Both the position numbers and the translations under genes were made by a program. From an uncultured Acidobacteriota bacterium (lineage in GTDB: Bacteria; Acidobacteriota; Thermoanaerobaculia; UBA5066; Gp7-AA6), in contig CAVXTP010000006.1 of the NCBI GenBank assembly GCA_963764715.1, positions 384,001 through 448,000 on the forward strand: DNA of 64,000 nt. Reading direction: 5' to 3'. Under the pieces are notes generated by a model, which worked only from the letters and a program-made list of their open reading frames with translations, was not told the DNA's origin and ran no database searches. Below are positions 9,581-18,314 of this stretch, one piece after another; position 1 is the stretch's first letter; each line of letters begins with the position of its first letter.

Positions 9581-12019
9581 ATGATGCCGAGCCTGCTGCG
9601 CGACCTGCGACTCGCCTTCCGCAACGTCCGCCGCCGCCCGGGCTTCGCCGCCGCCGTCGTCGCGACACTCGCCCTGGCGATCGGGGCCAACACGGCGATC
9701 TTCACCGTCGTCCGCGCGGTGCTGCTGCGCCGGCTCCCCTTCGCGCACGCCGACCGGCTCTTCGCGGTCCACTCCCTCGAGCCCGGGAGCGACCGCCAGC
9801 CCTTCGCCATCGCCGACTTTCTCGAGCTGCGCGAGAACACGCGGAGCTTCGACGCCCTCCTCGCCTACGGCGGCTGGAGCGCCAACCTGACCGGCGTCGA
9901 CGAGCCGGTGACGCTGCCGGCGCAGTGGGTCTCGCGCGACTTCTTCCGCGTCCTCGGCGCGCGCGCGTCGCTCGGCCGGACGCCGCTGCCGGAGGAAGAA
10001 CGGCCGGGAGGCGCCCGCGTCGTGCTGCTCGGCGACGGCCTCTGGAAATCCCGCTTCGGCGCAGACCCCGCGATCCTCGGCCGCGCCCTGACGCTCAACG
10101 GCGAGCCCTACACCGTCATCGGAGTCCTGCCGCCCGAGTACCCGTTCCTCGCTTCGAGCGCGCAGCTCGTCACACCCCTCGTCCTGGAGACCGATCCCCG
10201 ACGGGCCCGGCGCCGCTCGACTTTCCTGCGCGTGCTCGGCGTCCTCAAGCCCGGGATCGAGCCGGGGGCCGCCGGGAAGGACCTCGACACGATCGTCGCG
10301 GGCCTGCGCGCCGCCTATCCCGACACCAACGCGGGCCGCTCGGGCGTACGGCTGCAGCCCCTCGCGGAGCTCGTCGTCGGGAACTTCCGCAAGACGCTCC
10401 TGCTGCTGCAGGCCGCCGTGGCGCTCGTGCTCCTGATCGCCTGCACCAACCTGACCAACCTGCTGCTCGCGCGGGTGGCCGGCCGGCGGCCGGAGCTCGC
10501 TCTGCGCGCGGCCCTCGGGGCGCGGCGGCGGGACCTCCTCCGCCAGCTCCTCGTCGAGACGGGAGTGCTGGCCCTGCTCGGCGGCGTCCTCGGCCTCCTC
10601 GTGGCGGTTGGCGGGGTGCGCGCCCTGCTCGCCCTCGGTCCCGCCCGGATGCCCCGCGCCTCCGAGATCGGGATCGACCTGCCGATCCTGGCCTTCAATC
10701 TCGCCCTCTCGATCGCCGCCGGCCTCGCCCTGGGTCTCGCCCCCGCGATCCAGGGAAGCCGGGGAATCGCCCGGACGCTCTCGGGGATGGGCCGCGGGAA
10801 CACCGGCGGCCGCCGCAGCACCCGGGCCCGGGCCGCCCTCGTCGCGGCCGAGGTCGGGCTCTCGCTCGTGCTCCTCGTCGGCGCCGGCCTGCTACTCCGC
10901 ACGCTTCAAAGACTGCAGGCGACCGACCCCGGCTTCCGGGCCGACCACCTGCTGAGCGTGCAGCTCTCGCTGCCGAAGTCGCGCTATGGCCGCCCGGAGG
11001 CGATCTCCCTCTTCGCCGAGCAGGTCACGGCGCGGCTCTCGGGCCTTCCCGGCGTCGAAGAGGTTTCGGCCGCTTCGCTCAACCCGCTGACGCAGTGGCG
11101 GGCAAACATCTCCTTCCTGATCGAAGGCCGGCCGGACCAGGATCGTGCGAAGGCGCCGCTCGCCAACTATCGCGCCGTCTCTCCCGGCTACTTCCACACG
11201 CTCGGGGTCCCGCTGCGGGAAGGCCGCGACGTCGGCCCCCACGACACGGCCGACTCGGTCCCGGTCGTGCTCGTGAGCGAAACGTTCGCACGGCGCCACT
11301 TCCCGGACTCGAGTCCCCTCGGCGCCCGGCTGCAGATCGACGACCGCGATCCGTGGCGGACGGTCGAGATCGTCGGCGTCGTCGGCGACGTCAAGTTCAC
11401 CGGACTCGACGCCGACGGCGCGGCGGACGTTTACGTCCCCTACCCGCAGACGCCGCCGGACGTCTCGGTGTGGCTGGCGAACATCTTCTGCATCGCGCTG
11501 CGGACGCGCGGCGAGCCCGCGACGCTCGCCCCCGCCGTCCGACGGGAGATCCGCGCGCTCGATGCCGACGTCGCGGCGTCGGCCGTCCGGCCCATGGAGG
11601 AGGCGCTCGACGAGTCGCTGGCCGAGCGCCGGTTCCAGACGGTCCTCCTCGAGGTCTTCGGGGCGGCGGCCCTGGCGCTCGCCCTCGCCGGGATCTACGC
11701 GGTGACGGCCTTCGCCGTCGTCGAGCGCACGCGCGAGATCGGCGTGCGGCTTTCGCTCGGGTCCTCCCGCGGGCGCATCCTGGGCCTCATCGCGCAGCAG
11801 TCGCTGCGGCCGGTCGCCGCCGGCCTCGTTTGCGGGGCGGCCGCCGCGCTCGCGTTGGGGAGGCTCGTCTCGGGCCTGCTCTACGGCATCGCAGCCAACG
11901 ACGCCTCGACGCTCCTCGGCTCGGCCGCCGTCCTCGGGCTCGCCGCCGGAACGGCGAGCATCCTGCCGGCCCTGCGGGCGACCCGCATCGACCCGGTCCG
12001 CGCCCTGCGGGCCGAGTGA
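9581..12019 (+). CDS. Duplicated MacB/FtsX ABC permease (ADOP family)
   Basis: LRDLRLAFRNV, IGANTAIF, IACTNLTNLLL, REIGVRLSLG, IDPVRALRAE. Confidence 0.92.
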   Translation: MMPSLLRDLRLAFRNVRRRPGFAAAVVATLALAIGANTAIFTVVRAVLLRRLPFAHADRLFAVHSLEPGSDRQPFAIADFLELRENTRSFDALLAYGGWSANLTGVDEPVTLPAQWVSRDFFRVLGARASLGRTPLPEEERPGGARVVLLGDGLWKSRFGADPAILGRALTLNGEPYTVIGVLPPEYPFLASSAQLVTPLVLETDPRRARRRSTFLRVLGVLKPGIEPGAAGKDLDTIVAGLRAAYPDTNAGRSGVRLQPLAELVVGNFRKTLLLLQAAVALVLLIACTNLTNLLLARVAGRRPELALRAALGARRRDLLRQLLVETGVLALLGGVLGLLVAVGGVRALLALGPARMPRASEIGIDLPILAFNLALSIAAGLALGLAPAIQGSRGIARTLSGMGRGNTGGRRSTRARAALVAAEVGLSLVLLVGAGLLLRTLQRLQATDPGFRADHLLSVQLSLPKSRYGRPEAISLFAEQVTARLSGLPGVEEVSAASLNPLTQWRANISFLIEGRPDQDRAKAPLANYRAVSPGYFHTLGVPLREGRDVGPHDTADSVPVVLVSETFARRHFPDSSPLGARLQIDDRDPWRTVEIVGVVGDVKFTGLDADGAADVYVPYPQTPPDVSVWLANIFCIALRTRGEPATLAPAVRREIRALDADVAASAVRPMEEALDESLAERRFQTVLLEVFGAAALALALAGIYAVTAFAVVERTREIGVRLSLGSSRGRILGLIAQQSLRPVAAGLVCGAAAALALGRLVSGLLYGIAANDASTLLGSAAVLGLAAGTASILPALRATRIDPVRALRAE

Positions 12020-12026
12020 GGCGGAG

Positions 12027-12413
12027 TCAGAGGTTCGGAGAAGCCGAGGCGGCCCAATTCGGCAGCCGCGCGAGCAGGCGATTGGCCCGCCGAACCAGCG
12101 CGGCGATCTTCTCGCGGCACCGCGTCTGCTCGCCGATCGGGATCTCCCAGGACACCAGGGACGACGAGAACACCGCTTCCGCCAGGGCCGGCTCGCCCTC
12201 TTCGAGGCCGCGGGTCCACTCCTCCCGGATCATGGCCCGCCGCGCCTCGCGGAGCGCCTCGAGCTTTTCCGGACGGCCGGAGGTCGGACGAAAGCGCAGG
12301 GTCATCCGGCCCGACGGCGGGTCGGTCGTCGCCGCGACCTCATCGAGTCCGAGGGGGGCTTCCGGCAGGATAAACCGCTCGTGCCGCCGCGTCCGCCAGG
12401 CCACCACGTTCAT
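12027..12413 (-). CDS. Hypothetical protein
   Basis: ATG 12413 preceded by GAGGAGG; plausible globular composition. Confidence 0.55.
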   Translation of the reverse strand: MNVVAWRTRRHERFILPEAPLGLDEVAATTDPPSGRMTLRFRPTSGRPEKLEALREARRAMIREEWTRGLEEGEPALAEAVFSSSLVSWEIPIGEQTRCREKIAALVRRANRLLARLPNWAASASPNL

Positions 12414-12476
12414 CGTTCCTCCTCGCGCCGGAACCAAAATGACCGATTTGCGCGGGACGGAACTGATGCAAAAGCA

Positions 12477-12932
12477 TCATTCGGGGGAACCCTCGCCCTC
12501 GCTCCGACGCGCCGGAGCGGCGTCGAGCGACCACGGCCCCGGCCCGACCAGGAGGAGAAACACCAACCCGAGCACCATGGAGAAGTCCGTTCGGGCCTCG
12601 TGAAGCATCGGCCAGAAGCCCTGCGCCGACAACATCGGGAGCTTCGTCGAGAGGATCGCCACCGCCATGTCGATCAGGAGCGGGATCGTCGCGAGCCGCG
12701 TCAGGAGCCCGAGCAGAAGGAGAAGGCCGCAAACGATCTCGACCGCGCCCACGAAGGGGGCCGTGAGCTGCGGGCCCGGGATCCCGATCCTGGCGAACCG
12801 GCCCGCGCCCAGAGCGTCGGGGAACAGGAACTTCTGAACGCCCTCCGAGACGAAAACCCAGCCCACGAGAACGCGAATCAAGACCGCCGCGCCGGGCGCC
12901 GTCGTGCGGCCCGCGCCTGGATGAGGACTCAT
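12477..12932 (-). CDS. DoxX family membrane protein
   Basis: LIRVLVGWVFVSEGVQKF, EIVCGLLLLLGLLTRLA, GPGPWSLD. Confidence 0.88.
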   Translation of the reverse strand: MSPHPGAGRTTAPGAAVLIRVLVGWVFVSEGVQKFLFPDALGAGRFARIGIPGPQLTAPFVGAVEIVCGLLLLLGLLTRLATIPLLIDMAVAILSTKLPMLSAQGFWPMLHEARTDFSMVLGLVFLLLVGPGPWSLDAAPARRSEGEGSPE

Positions 12933-12945
12933 TCGAACCTCCGGG

Positions 12946-13656
12946 TCAGGCCTTTGGCGTGAACTGCGCCAGGTCGTAGATTCCGAGCGACTTCTCGATC
13001 GAAGCGACCTTGTCGACCATCTTCTCGAAGCCGTCTTCCCCGAAGAGCTCGTGCTCCTTCTTCTCGAACGCTTCGCCGAGGGAGTCGTACTCGTGGGGCG
13101 AGACGATGCCGCGAAACGCCGGGAAGAGCACCGTGTCCTCCCGCGCCTCGTGCGGGCGGTACATCCGGACGAAGCCGCGGAGAGAGTCCGCGAGCTGTGC
13201 GCGGCCATCGGGGCTCTTGAGGGCGGGAGCCGTCGAGAGCCGGAGGGTCGTTTCCGTCAGCCGGCGTCCCGCCTCGTGTTGCTGGAGGAGCACCGAGACC
13301 AGGTCCGTCAGCTTGTTCGCCTTCCTGAACCGCGGGAAGAGGAAGTCCTCCTCCAGCTTCTCGTGGTAGTCCTCGATGAAGTTCCGGATGATCCGGGCGG
13401 AATCGGCCAGGGGCTCCGGCGGCAGGTCTTCCTTCGCGTCGAGCCTCCGCAGGGCTTCCCCGTAGATCAGCAGGATCCGGTTGAGGACGCCGTGCTCGCG
13501 CATCAGGTCTTCGGCCGGTGAGACATCCTCCTCCGTCGACTCCCCCTCGCCTCGGGCGCGGGCCGTCCCCGAGACACCGGAGATCAGGACGGCCGCTCCT
13601 CCGGCAGCCGCAACGCCGAGAAAGCCGCGACGCGTCGGGGCGGATGTCTCACCCAT
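12946..13656 (-). CDS. Tat-exported hemerythrin/HHE cation-binding protein
   Basis: TRRGFL twin-arginine signal; LMREH, YHEKLEEDFLFP, QQHEAGR, HEAREDTVLFP. Confidence 0.85.
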   Translation of the reverse strand: MGETSAPTRRGFLGVAAAGGAAVLISGVSGTARARGEGESTEEDVSPAEDLMREHGVLNRILLIYGEALRRLDAKEDLPPEPLADSARIIRNFIEDYHEKLEEDFLFPRFRKANKLTDLVSVLLQQHEAGRRLTETTLRLSTAPALKSPDGRAQLADSLRGFVRMYRPHEAREDTVLFPAFRGIVSPHEYDSLGEAFEKKEHELFGEDGFEKMVDKVASIEKSLGIYDLAQFTPKA

Positions 13657-13674
13657 GGTTCCCTCCGTCGAGCG

Positions 13675-13749
13675 TGGTGGGAGGTGAGGGGATCGAACCC
13701 CCGACCACCTGCGTGTAAAACAGGCGCTCTACCTCTGAGCTAACCTCCC
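13675..13749 (-). tRNA. tRNA-Val(TAC)
   Basis: GGGAGGTTAGCTCAGAGGTAGAGC...CCTGT-TTTACAC-GCAGG...GGTTCGATCCCCTCACCTCCCACCA; cloverleaf with encoded CCA. Confidence 0.96.
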
Positions 13750-13820
13750 GGCGCCGGCGAAATTCCGAACCCGCGGCGATTCTACGTCGCGCGCGGCGTG
13801 GCTCGGGGAGGCGCGGCGGC

Positions 13821-15809
13821 CTAGGGCCTCGGCGTGAGGGACCGCGGCGCCGGCGGCGGGACGACGGGCAGGATGTCTTGCCGTGCGGCGGGTGTCGGCG
13901 TGGGGGTCGGCGCGAGCGACTCGGCGACGTCGATCGCCGCCGTGCCGAGGTTCGAGTCCGTCGACCCGTCCCAGGCGGCGAAGCTGAAGGCGTCCCGCCC
14001 GGCGAATCCGGGCTCGGGGATGTAGGTGACCGTGCGGCCCGAGAGGCCCGCCGTGCCGTGCGCCGGTTGCCGCACGATGCGCAGCGCCAGCGCATCGCCG
14101 TTGGCGTCGCTCGCCGCGAGGGACAGGACGAGCGGCGTGCCGTACGGCGTCGCCGCCAGCGCGTCGGTGACGACCGGCGCCGCGTTGGGATTGGCGTTCT
14201 CGCTCGACGGGCCGGAGTGGCAGGTGTAGCAGCCGACCTGGAATCCCTTCCAGAAGGTCTTCGTCCCGAAGCGGGTGTCGAGCGTCCGATCCCCGAAGGC
14301 GCGCGAGAGCACGGTCCCGCGATAGTCGACCCCGTGGCAGGCCTGGCAGCGCGAGGCGTTGTTCTCCGCGGCGTTCGAGTGAGCGGAGACCCAGTCCTGG
14401 CCGACCGGGTGCATGCCGTGGGGCCCGCCGTCGATCGTCGAGGGGGTCGCCGCATGGCAGGTCGCGCAGTCGGCGATCGTCCCGACGTGGCCCTCGAGCG
14501 CCAGCGACTGCATGTTGTCGTTGCGGTGCGAGCTCGGGTACTCGGCATGCGTCGAGCCGTGGCACGCCTCGCAGGCGAGATTGCCGTGGCCGTGCGACAG
14601 CCGGTAGAGAGAGAAGCCCGCCGCGGGAACGTCCGGCGTGGTCGCGAACGTCGGGTCGGCCGGGACGCGGACTCCTCCCGTGCCGTCGAACACCGTCGTG
14701 TACCGGATCTGGCCGCTGTTGTGCGCCGCCGTCCCGGTGTGGCAGCTCTGGCAGGCCGGCACGTCGAGCCAGCCCTGCCGCGCCGCCGACGCGACGTCGC
14801 CCATCGATCCATGACAGCTCTGGCACTGGATGGCGAGGCTGGCGTCGGAGGCCACCGCGCTTCCCATCGCGCCGCGCAGGCAGCGGGTCCGGGAGCCGGG
14901 ATGGCAGCGGTAGCACGCGTCGCGATTGTCGGAGGAGCCGAGCGGCACGCCGGTGTCGGGGTCCGGGGACGTCGCGTGGAAGCCGTGCATGGCCTGCGTC
15001 AGCGGAGTCACCCCGGCGAGTCCGGTGCCCGGCAGCGCGTTCGACCCGTGGCAGCGCGCGCACAGGATCGGCGTGCCGTCCTGCGCCACCGTCGCCTCGA
15101 GGCCGGCGGCGTTGTAGCCGGCCTGAGCGAGCGCGGCCCGGTACGCCGCGCTCGCCCCCTGGCGGGAGTCGTGGAGAGCGAGGATGGCGCGTTTCATGTC
15201 CCCCAGCGGGTCGAGGCTCGCCGCGGGCGGGACGTGGCACGAGCGGCAGCTCATCTCGTCGGAGACCGGCACGACGATGTCCGTCGAGGCGAGCTCGCCG
15301 CCCGCGGCATCGCGCGCAACCAGGCGCAGCATCGGGTACGGGTTGCCGCGCCTCGCGTCGTCGTAGGGAGTGATCGGGATTCCGTCGGCGTGAAACCAGC
15401 CGTGCGCGGGATCGAAGGCCATCGGCTGCGGAACGTTGCCCGGGCCCGGCATCGCGTACCCGGCCAGCCCCATGTCCGGCGGCGGCGAGGCCCCGAACAG
15501 CTCGCCGACGTGCCGCCAGAAGTTGGTTTTCCCCCGGGAAGTCCGGTTGATGGAGCCGTCCGGGTCCGCGACCGCCTCGTAGGTCACCCTGACCGCCGAC
15601 GGATCGGTCGCGAGGCGTCCCGAGGGGTCGACGAGCTGCGCGCGAACGTTGTTGAACGGCGGAAGAAGCGAGAAGACCGCGTAGTCGACCCCGTCGGTGC
15701 AGTGCATCCCGAGGTCGTTCCAGCCGACGAGCCTCCAGCCCGCAGGCGCGGCGTCTCCCCTCGCCGCCGCCGCGAGAATCGCCAGAACCATCAGGAACAC
15801 GCGCCGCAC
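13821..15809 (-). CDS. Exported multiheme c-type cytochrome (9 CxxCH) with C-terminal Ig-like domain and Pro/Thr tail
   Basis: Signal peptide; WNDLGMHC; CRSCH, CARCH, CYRCH, CQSCH x2, CEACH, CATCH, CQACH, CYTCH; NAAPV...DANGDAL...YIPEPGFAGRDAFSF. Confidence 0.9.
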   Translation of the reverse strand: MRRVFLMVLAILAAAARGDAAPAGWRLVGWNDLGMHCTDGVDYAVFSLLPPFNNVRAQLVDPSGRLATDPSAVRVTYEAVADPDGSINRTSRGKTNFWRHVGELFGASPPPDMGLAGYAMPGPGNVPQPMAFDPAHGWFHADGIPITPYDDARRGNPYPMLRLVARDAAGGELASTDIVVPVSDEMSCRSCHVPPAASLDPLGDMKRAILALHDSRQGASAAYRAALAQAGYNAAGLEATVAQDGTPILCARCHGSNALPGTGLAGVTPLTQAMHGFHATSPDPDTGVPLGSSDNRDACYRCHPGSRTRCLRGAMGSAVASDASLAIQCQSCHGSMGDVASAARQGWLDVPACQSCHTGTAAHNSGQIRYTTVFDGTGGVRVPADPTFATTPDVPAAGFSLYRLSHGHGNLACEACHGSTHAEYPSSHRNDNMQSLALEGHVGTIADCATCHAATPSTIDGGPHGMHPVGQDWVSAHSNAAENNASRCQACHGVDYRGTVLSRAFGDRTLDTRFGTKTFWKGFQVGCYTCHSGPSSENANPNAAPVVTDALAATPYGTPLVLSLAASDANGDALALRIVRQPAHGTAGLSGRTVTYIPEPGFAGRDAFSFAAWDGSTDSNLGTAAIDVAESLAPTPTPTPAARQDILPVVPPPAPRSLTPRP

Positions 15810-15988
15810 GAGAGCGATGCTGGCCCGAAAGGCCCGCGGCCGAAAGATGCAGACGCACCAGCGGCAGGACCGGAAGGGCGGCCGGGCGGACCTGCGGTAG
15901 AATCACCGGCAACCACAAAGCATGAACAATCACCAGGCCGGAACCGCCTCCGGCGGGATTTCCGCAGCCCATCCCGGCGCGCGCTGAG

Positions 15989-16909
15989 ATGGACTCCGTC
16001 TTCTTCGATCCGCCGTTCACCGACGACGAGCGCCGCGAGCGGCTCTACGGCGGGCAGCTCCTGGTGTTCTCGCCGCGCCCCTCGGTCAATGCGCTGCGCG
16101 ACTTCGCGCGCGCGATGGTGACGGAGGCCTTCGGCTCACTCGATCCGGTCAAGGCCCAGTTCCACCTTCCGGTCGAGGAGTACGTCGCGATCCTCGCGAA
16201 GCTGAAGCCCGCGTTCATCAATCACCCCGAGTGCAAGAGCCTGCTGCGCGCGATCCTGGCCGACTTCGGCTGCGATCTCACGAAGACGTACTTCGACGTG
16301 CCCCGGATGCGGACGTCGACTTCGGATTCCTACCTGACCTCCGGAATCGCCTACGCCTTCCACCCCCATCGCGACACGTGGTACTCCGCGCCTCAATGTC
16401 AGCTCAACTGGTGGTTCCCGATTTACGAGGTCGAACCGTCCAACGGAATGGCCTTCCACCCGCGCTACTGGTCGAAGGGCGTCGCCAACAGCTCGCGGAT
16501 CTACAACTATGCCGAGTGGAACGCGCGCAGCCGTCAGGAAGCCGCCAAACACATCCATTCCGACACGCGGCCGCAGCCCCGCGCCGAGGAGCCTCTCGAG
16601 CTCGATCCGCAGATCCGCCTGGTGCCGCCGCCCGGCGGGCTCATCATGTTCTCCGGGGCCCAGTTGCACTCGACGGTGCCGAACACGTCGGGAAGGACGC
16701 GCTTCTCGATCGACTTCCGGCTCGTGAACATCGACGACGTCGCCAACCGCCGGGGCGCTCCGAACGTGGACTCGGAGTGCACGGGCACCACGCTGCGCGA
16801 CTACCTGCGCGGGACCGATCTCGAGCACATCCCGGACGACCTGGTCGCGGCGTACGACACGCCGCCGAGGGCGGAAGAGGCCGGGCACGGAGCCTCCAAC
16901 CCGCACTGA
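15989..16909 (+). CDS. Putative Fe(II)/2-oxoglutarate-dependent dioxygenase (PhyH-like)
   Basis: HRD (PHRDTWY), distal His (QLHST), RFSIDFR. Confidence 0.7.
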   Translation: MDSVFFDPPFTDDERRERLYGGQLLVFSPRPSVNALRDFARAMVTEAFGSLDPVKAQFHLPVEEYVAILAKLKPAFINHPECKSLLRAILADFGCDLTKTYFDVPRMRTSTSDSYLTSGIAYAFHPHRDTWYSAPQCQLNWWFPIYEVEPSNGMAFHPRYWSKGVANSSRIYNYAEWNARSRQEAAKHIHSDTRPQPRAEEPLELDPQIRLVPPPGGLIMFSGAQLHSTVPNTSGRTRFSIDFRLVNIDDVANRRGAPNVDSECTGTTLRDYLRGTDLEHIPDDLVAAYDTPPRAEEAGHGASNPH

Positions 16910-16939
16910 CTCCGCTTCGGCCGCGCCGGCCCGCGCCCG

Positions 16940-18274
16940 TCAGATCGCGATCGAGGCGAAGCGCTCGATCTCGCCGACGGGCATCGGCCGCGCGAGAAGG
17001 AAGCCCTGGCCGTAGGGCACCCCCAGGGACTGGAGGACGCGGAGCTCCTCGCGCGTCTCGATGCCCTCGGCGATGACCTTGGTGTGCATCTTGCGCGCGA
17101 AGCTCATGAGGGCCTCGAGGAGGTCCTGCTTGACCTGGCGCCGGTCGATGCCCCGCACGAAGACGTTGTCGAACTTGAGGTAGTCGGGCTCGATGTCGGC
17201 GAGCGAGGAGAGGTTGGAGTACCCCGTGCCCACGTCGTCGACCGCGATCCGGAAGTTCTGCGAGCGGAACTTCGACAGGACCTCGCGAAAGAGGCCCTCG
17301 TAGACGGCGTAGGTCCGCTCCGTGATCTCGAGGACGATGCGGTCGGGCTCGAGGCCCAGCGCGGTGACCTGGTCGCGGAAGAGCGGCCCGAGGAACTCCG
17401 GGTCCGACGCCGCCGCCGGGGACAGGTTGAGGAAAATCTGCCGGCGGTTATGACCGTTGGCGGCCGCCTCGAGCGACCGCTGGCGACAGACCCGCTCGAG
17501 CGGGACCAGGAGCTCCGTGCGCTCGGCGAGCGAGAAGAGCGTCTCGCCGCTCTCGAACTCGCTGCCGCGGGGCCCGCGCGAGAGCGCCTCCATCCCAATC
17601 ATGTTTCCCGTCGCCAGATCGAAGACCGGCTGGAACACGGGCTGGATGTCGCGCCGCGAGATGACGTCCTGGAGCAGCTCGCCGCCCCGGATTTCCTGCC
17701 GCACGGTCTGCCGGGTGACCTGGTCCCGCGCCTCCTGGACGCCGCGGTAGACCAGCCGCTCCACGCGGTGCTTGGGGTCCTTCATGATACGCGCCGCGCC
17801 CACGAACGAGCGAAAGCGCGCCGAGACGTCGGCCCGCTCGGCGAGGTATCCGCGGATGAGCTGGTCGAGCTCCGCGGCCTTCTGGCCGAGCGCCGTCGGG
17901 CCCTCCATCGCCGCGCTGCCCTCGGGGCTGACGAAGAGGATGATCTCGTCCGAGCGGACGTTCGGGAGGCAGAAGGTCCCCTGCGGCACGATCCCGTCGG
18001 TCTGGAACGCCTTGAGCCGCCGCACGAAATCGAGGAGCAGGTCGTCGTAGGCTTCCCAGCCCCAGACCTCCTCGACGTGGCCTTCCGAGCTCGGGCGGAA
18101 GACGAGAACCGAGATGGAGCCCCGCTCCGCGAGCCAGTTTTTGAGGTCGTCCACGAGCACCGCCACCGTCGGGAGCCCCGTCTCGCGGTCGTAGAGACGC
18201 GTGCGCTCCTTGAACCACTTGCCGCGGAGCGCGACAAGCTCGCTCTGCTTGCTCGGAGGCGTCTTCGTCGTCAC
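16940..18274 (-). CDS. EAL-domain c-di-GMP phosphodiesterase with degenerate GGDEF-like N-terminus
   Basis: VFQP, EALSR, EITER, DDVGTGYS, AEGIE, QGFLL; N-terminal DRETGLP and RSDEI. Confidence 0.88.
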   Translation of the reverse strand: MTTKTPPSKQSELVALRGKWFKERTRLYDRETGLPTVAVLVDDLKNWLAERGSISVLVFRPSSEGHVEEVWGWEAYDDLLLDFVRRLKAFQTDGIVPQGTFCLPNVRSDEIILFVSPEGSAAMEGPTALGQKAAELDQLIRGYLAERADVSARFRSFVGAARIMKDPKHRVERLVYRGVQEARDQVTRQTVRQEIRGGELLQDVISRRDIQPVFQPVFDLATGNMIGMEALSRGPRGSEFESGETLFSLAERTELLVPLERVCRQRSLEAAANGHNRRQIFLNLSPAAASDPEFLGPLFRDQVTALGLEPDRIVLEITERTYAVYEGLFREVLSKFRSQNFRIAVDDVGTGYSNLSSLADIEPDYLKFDNVFVRGIDRRQVKQDLLEALMSFARKMHTKVIAEGIETREELRVLQSLGVPYGQGFLLARPMPVGEIERFASIAI

Positions 18275-18314
18275 AGTCCTGCCCGGTGTCCCGTCAGGAT
18301 AGCACCCAAACCCC

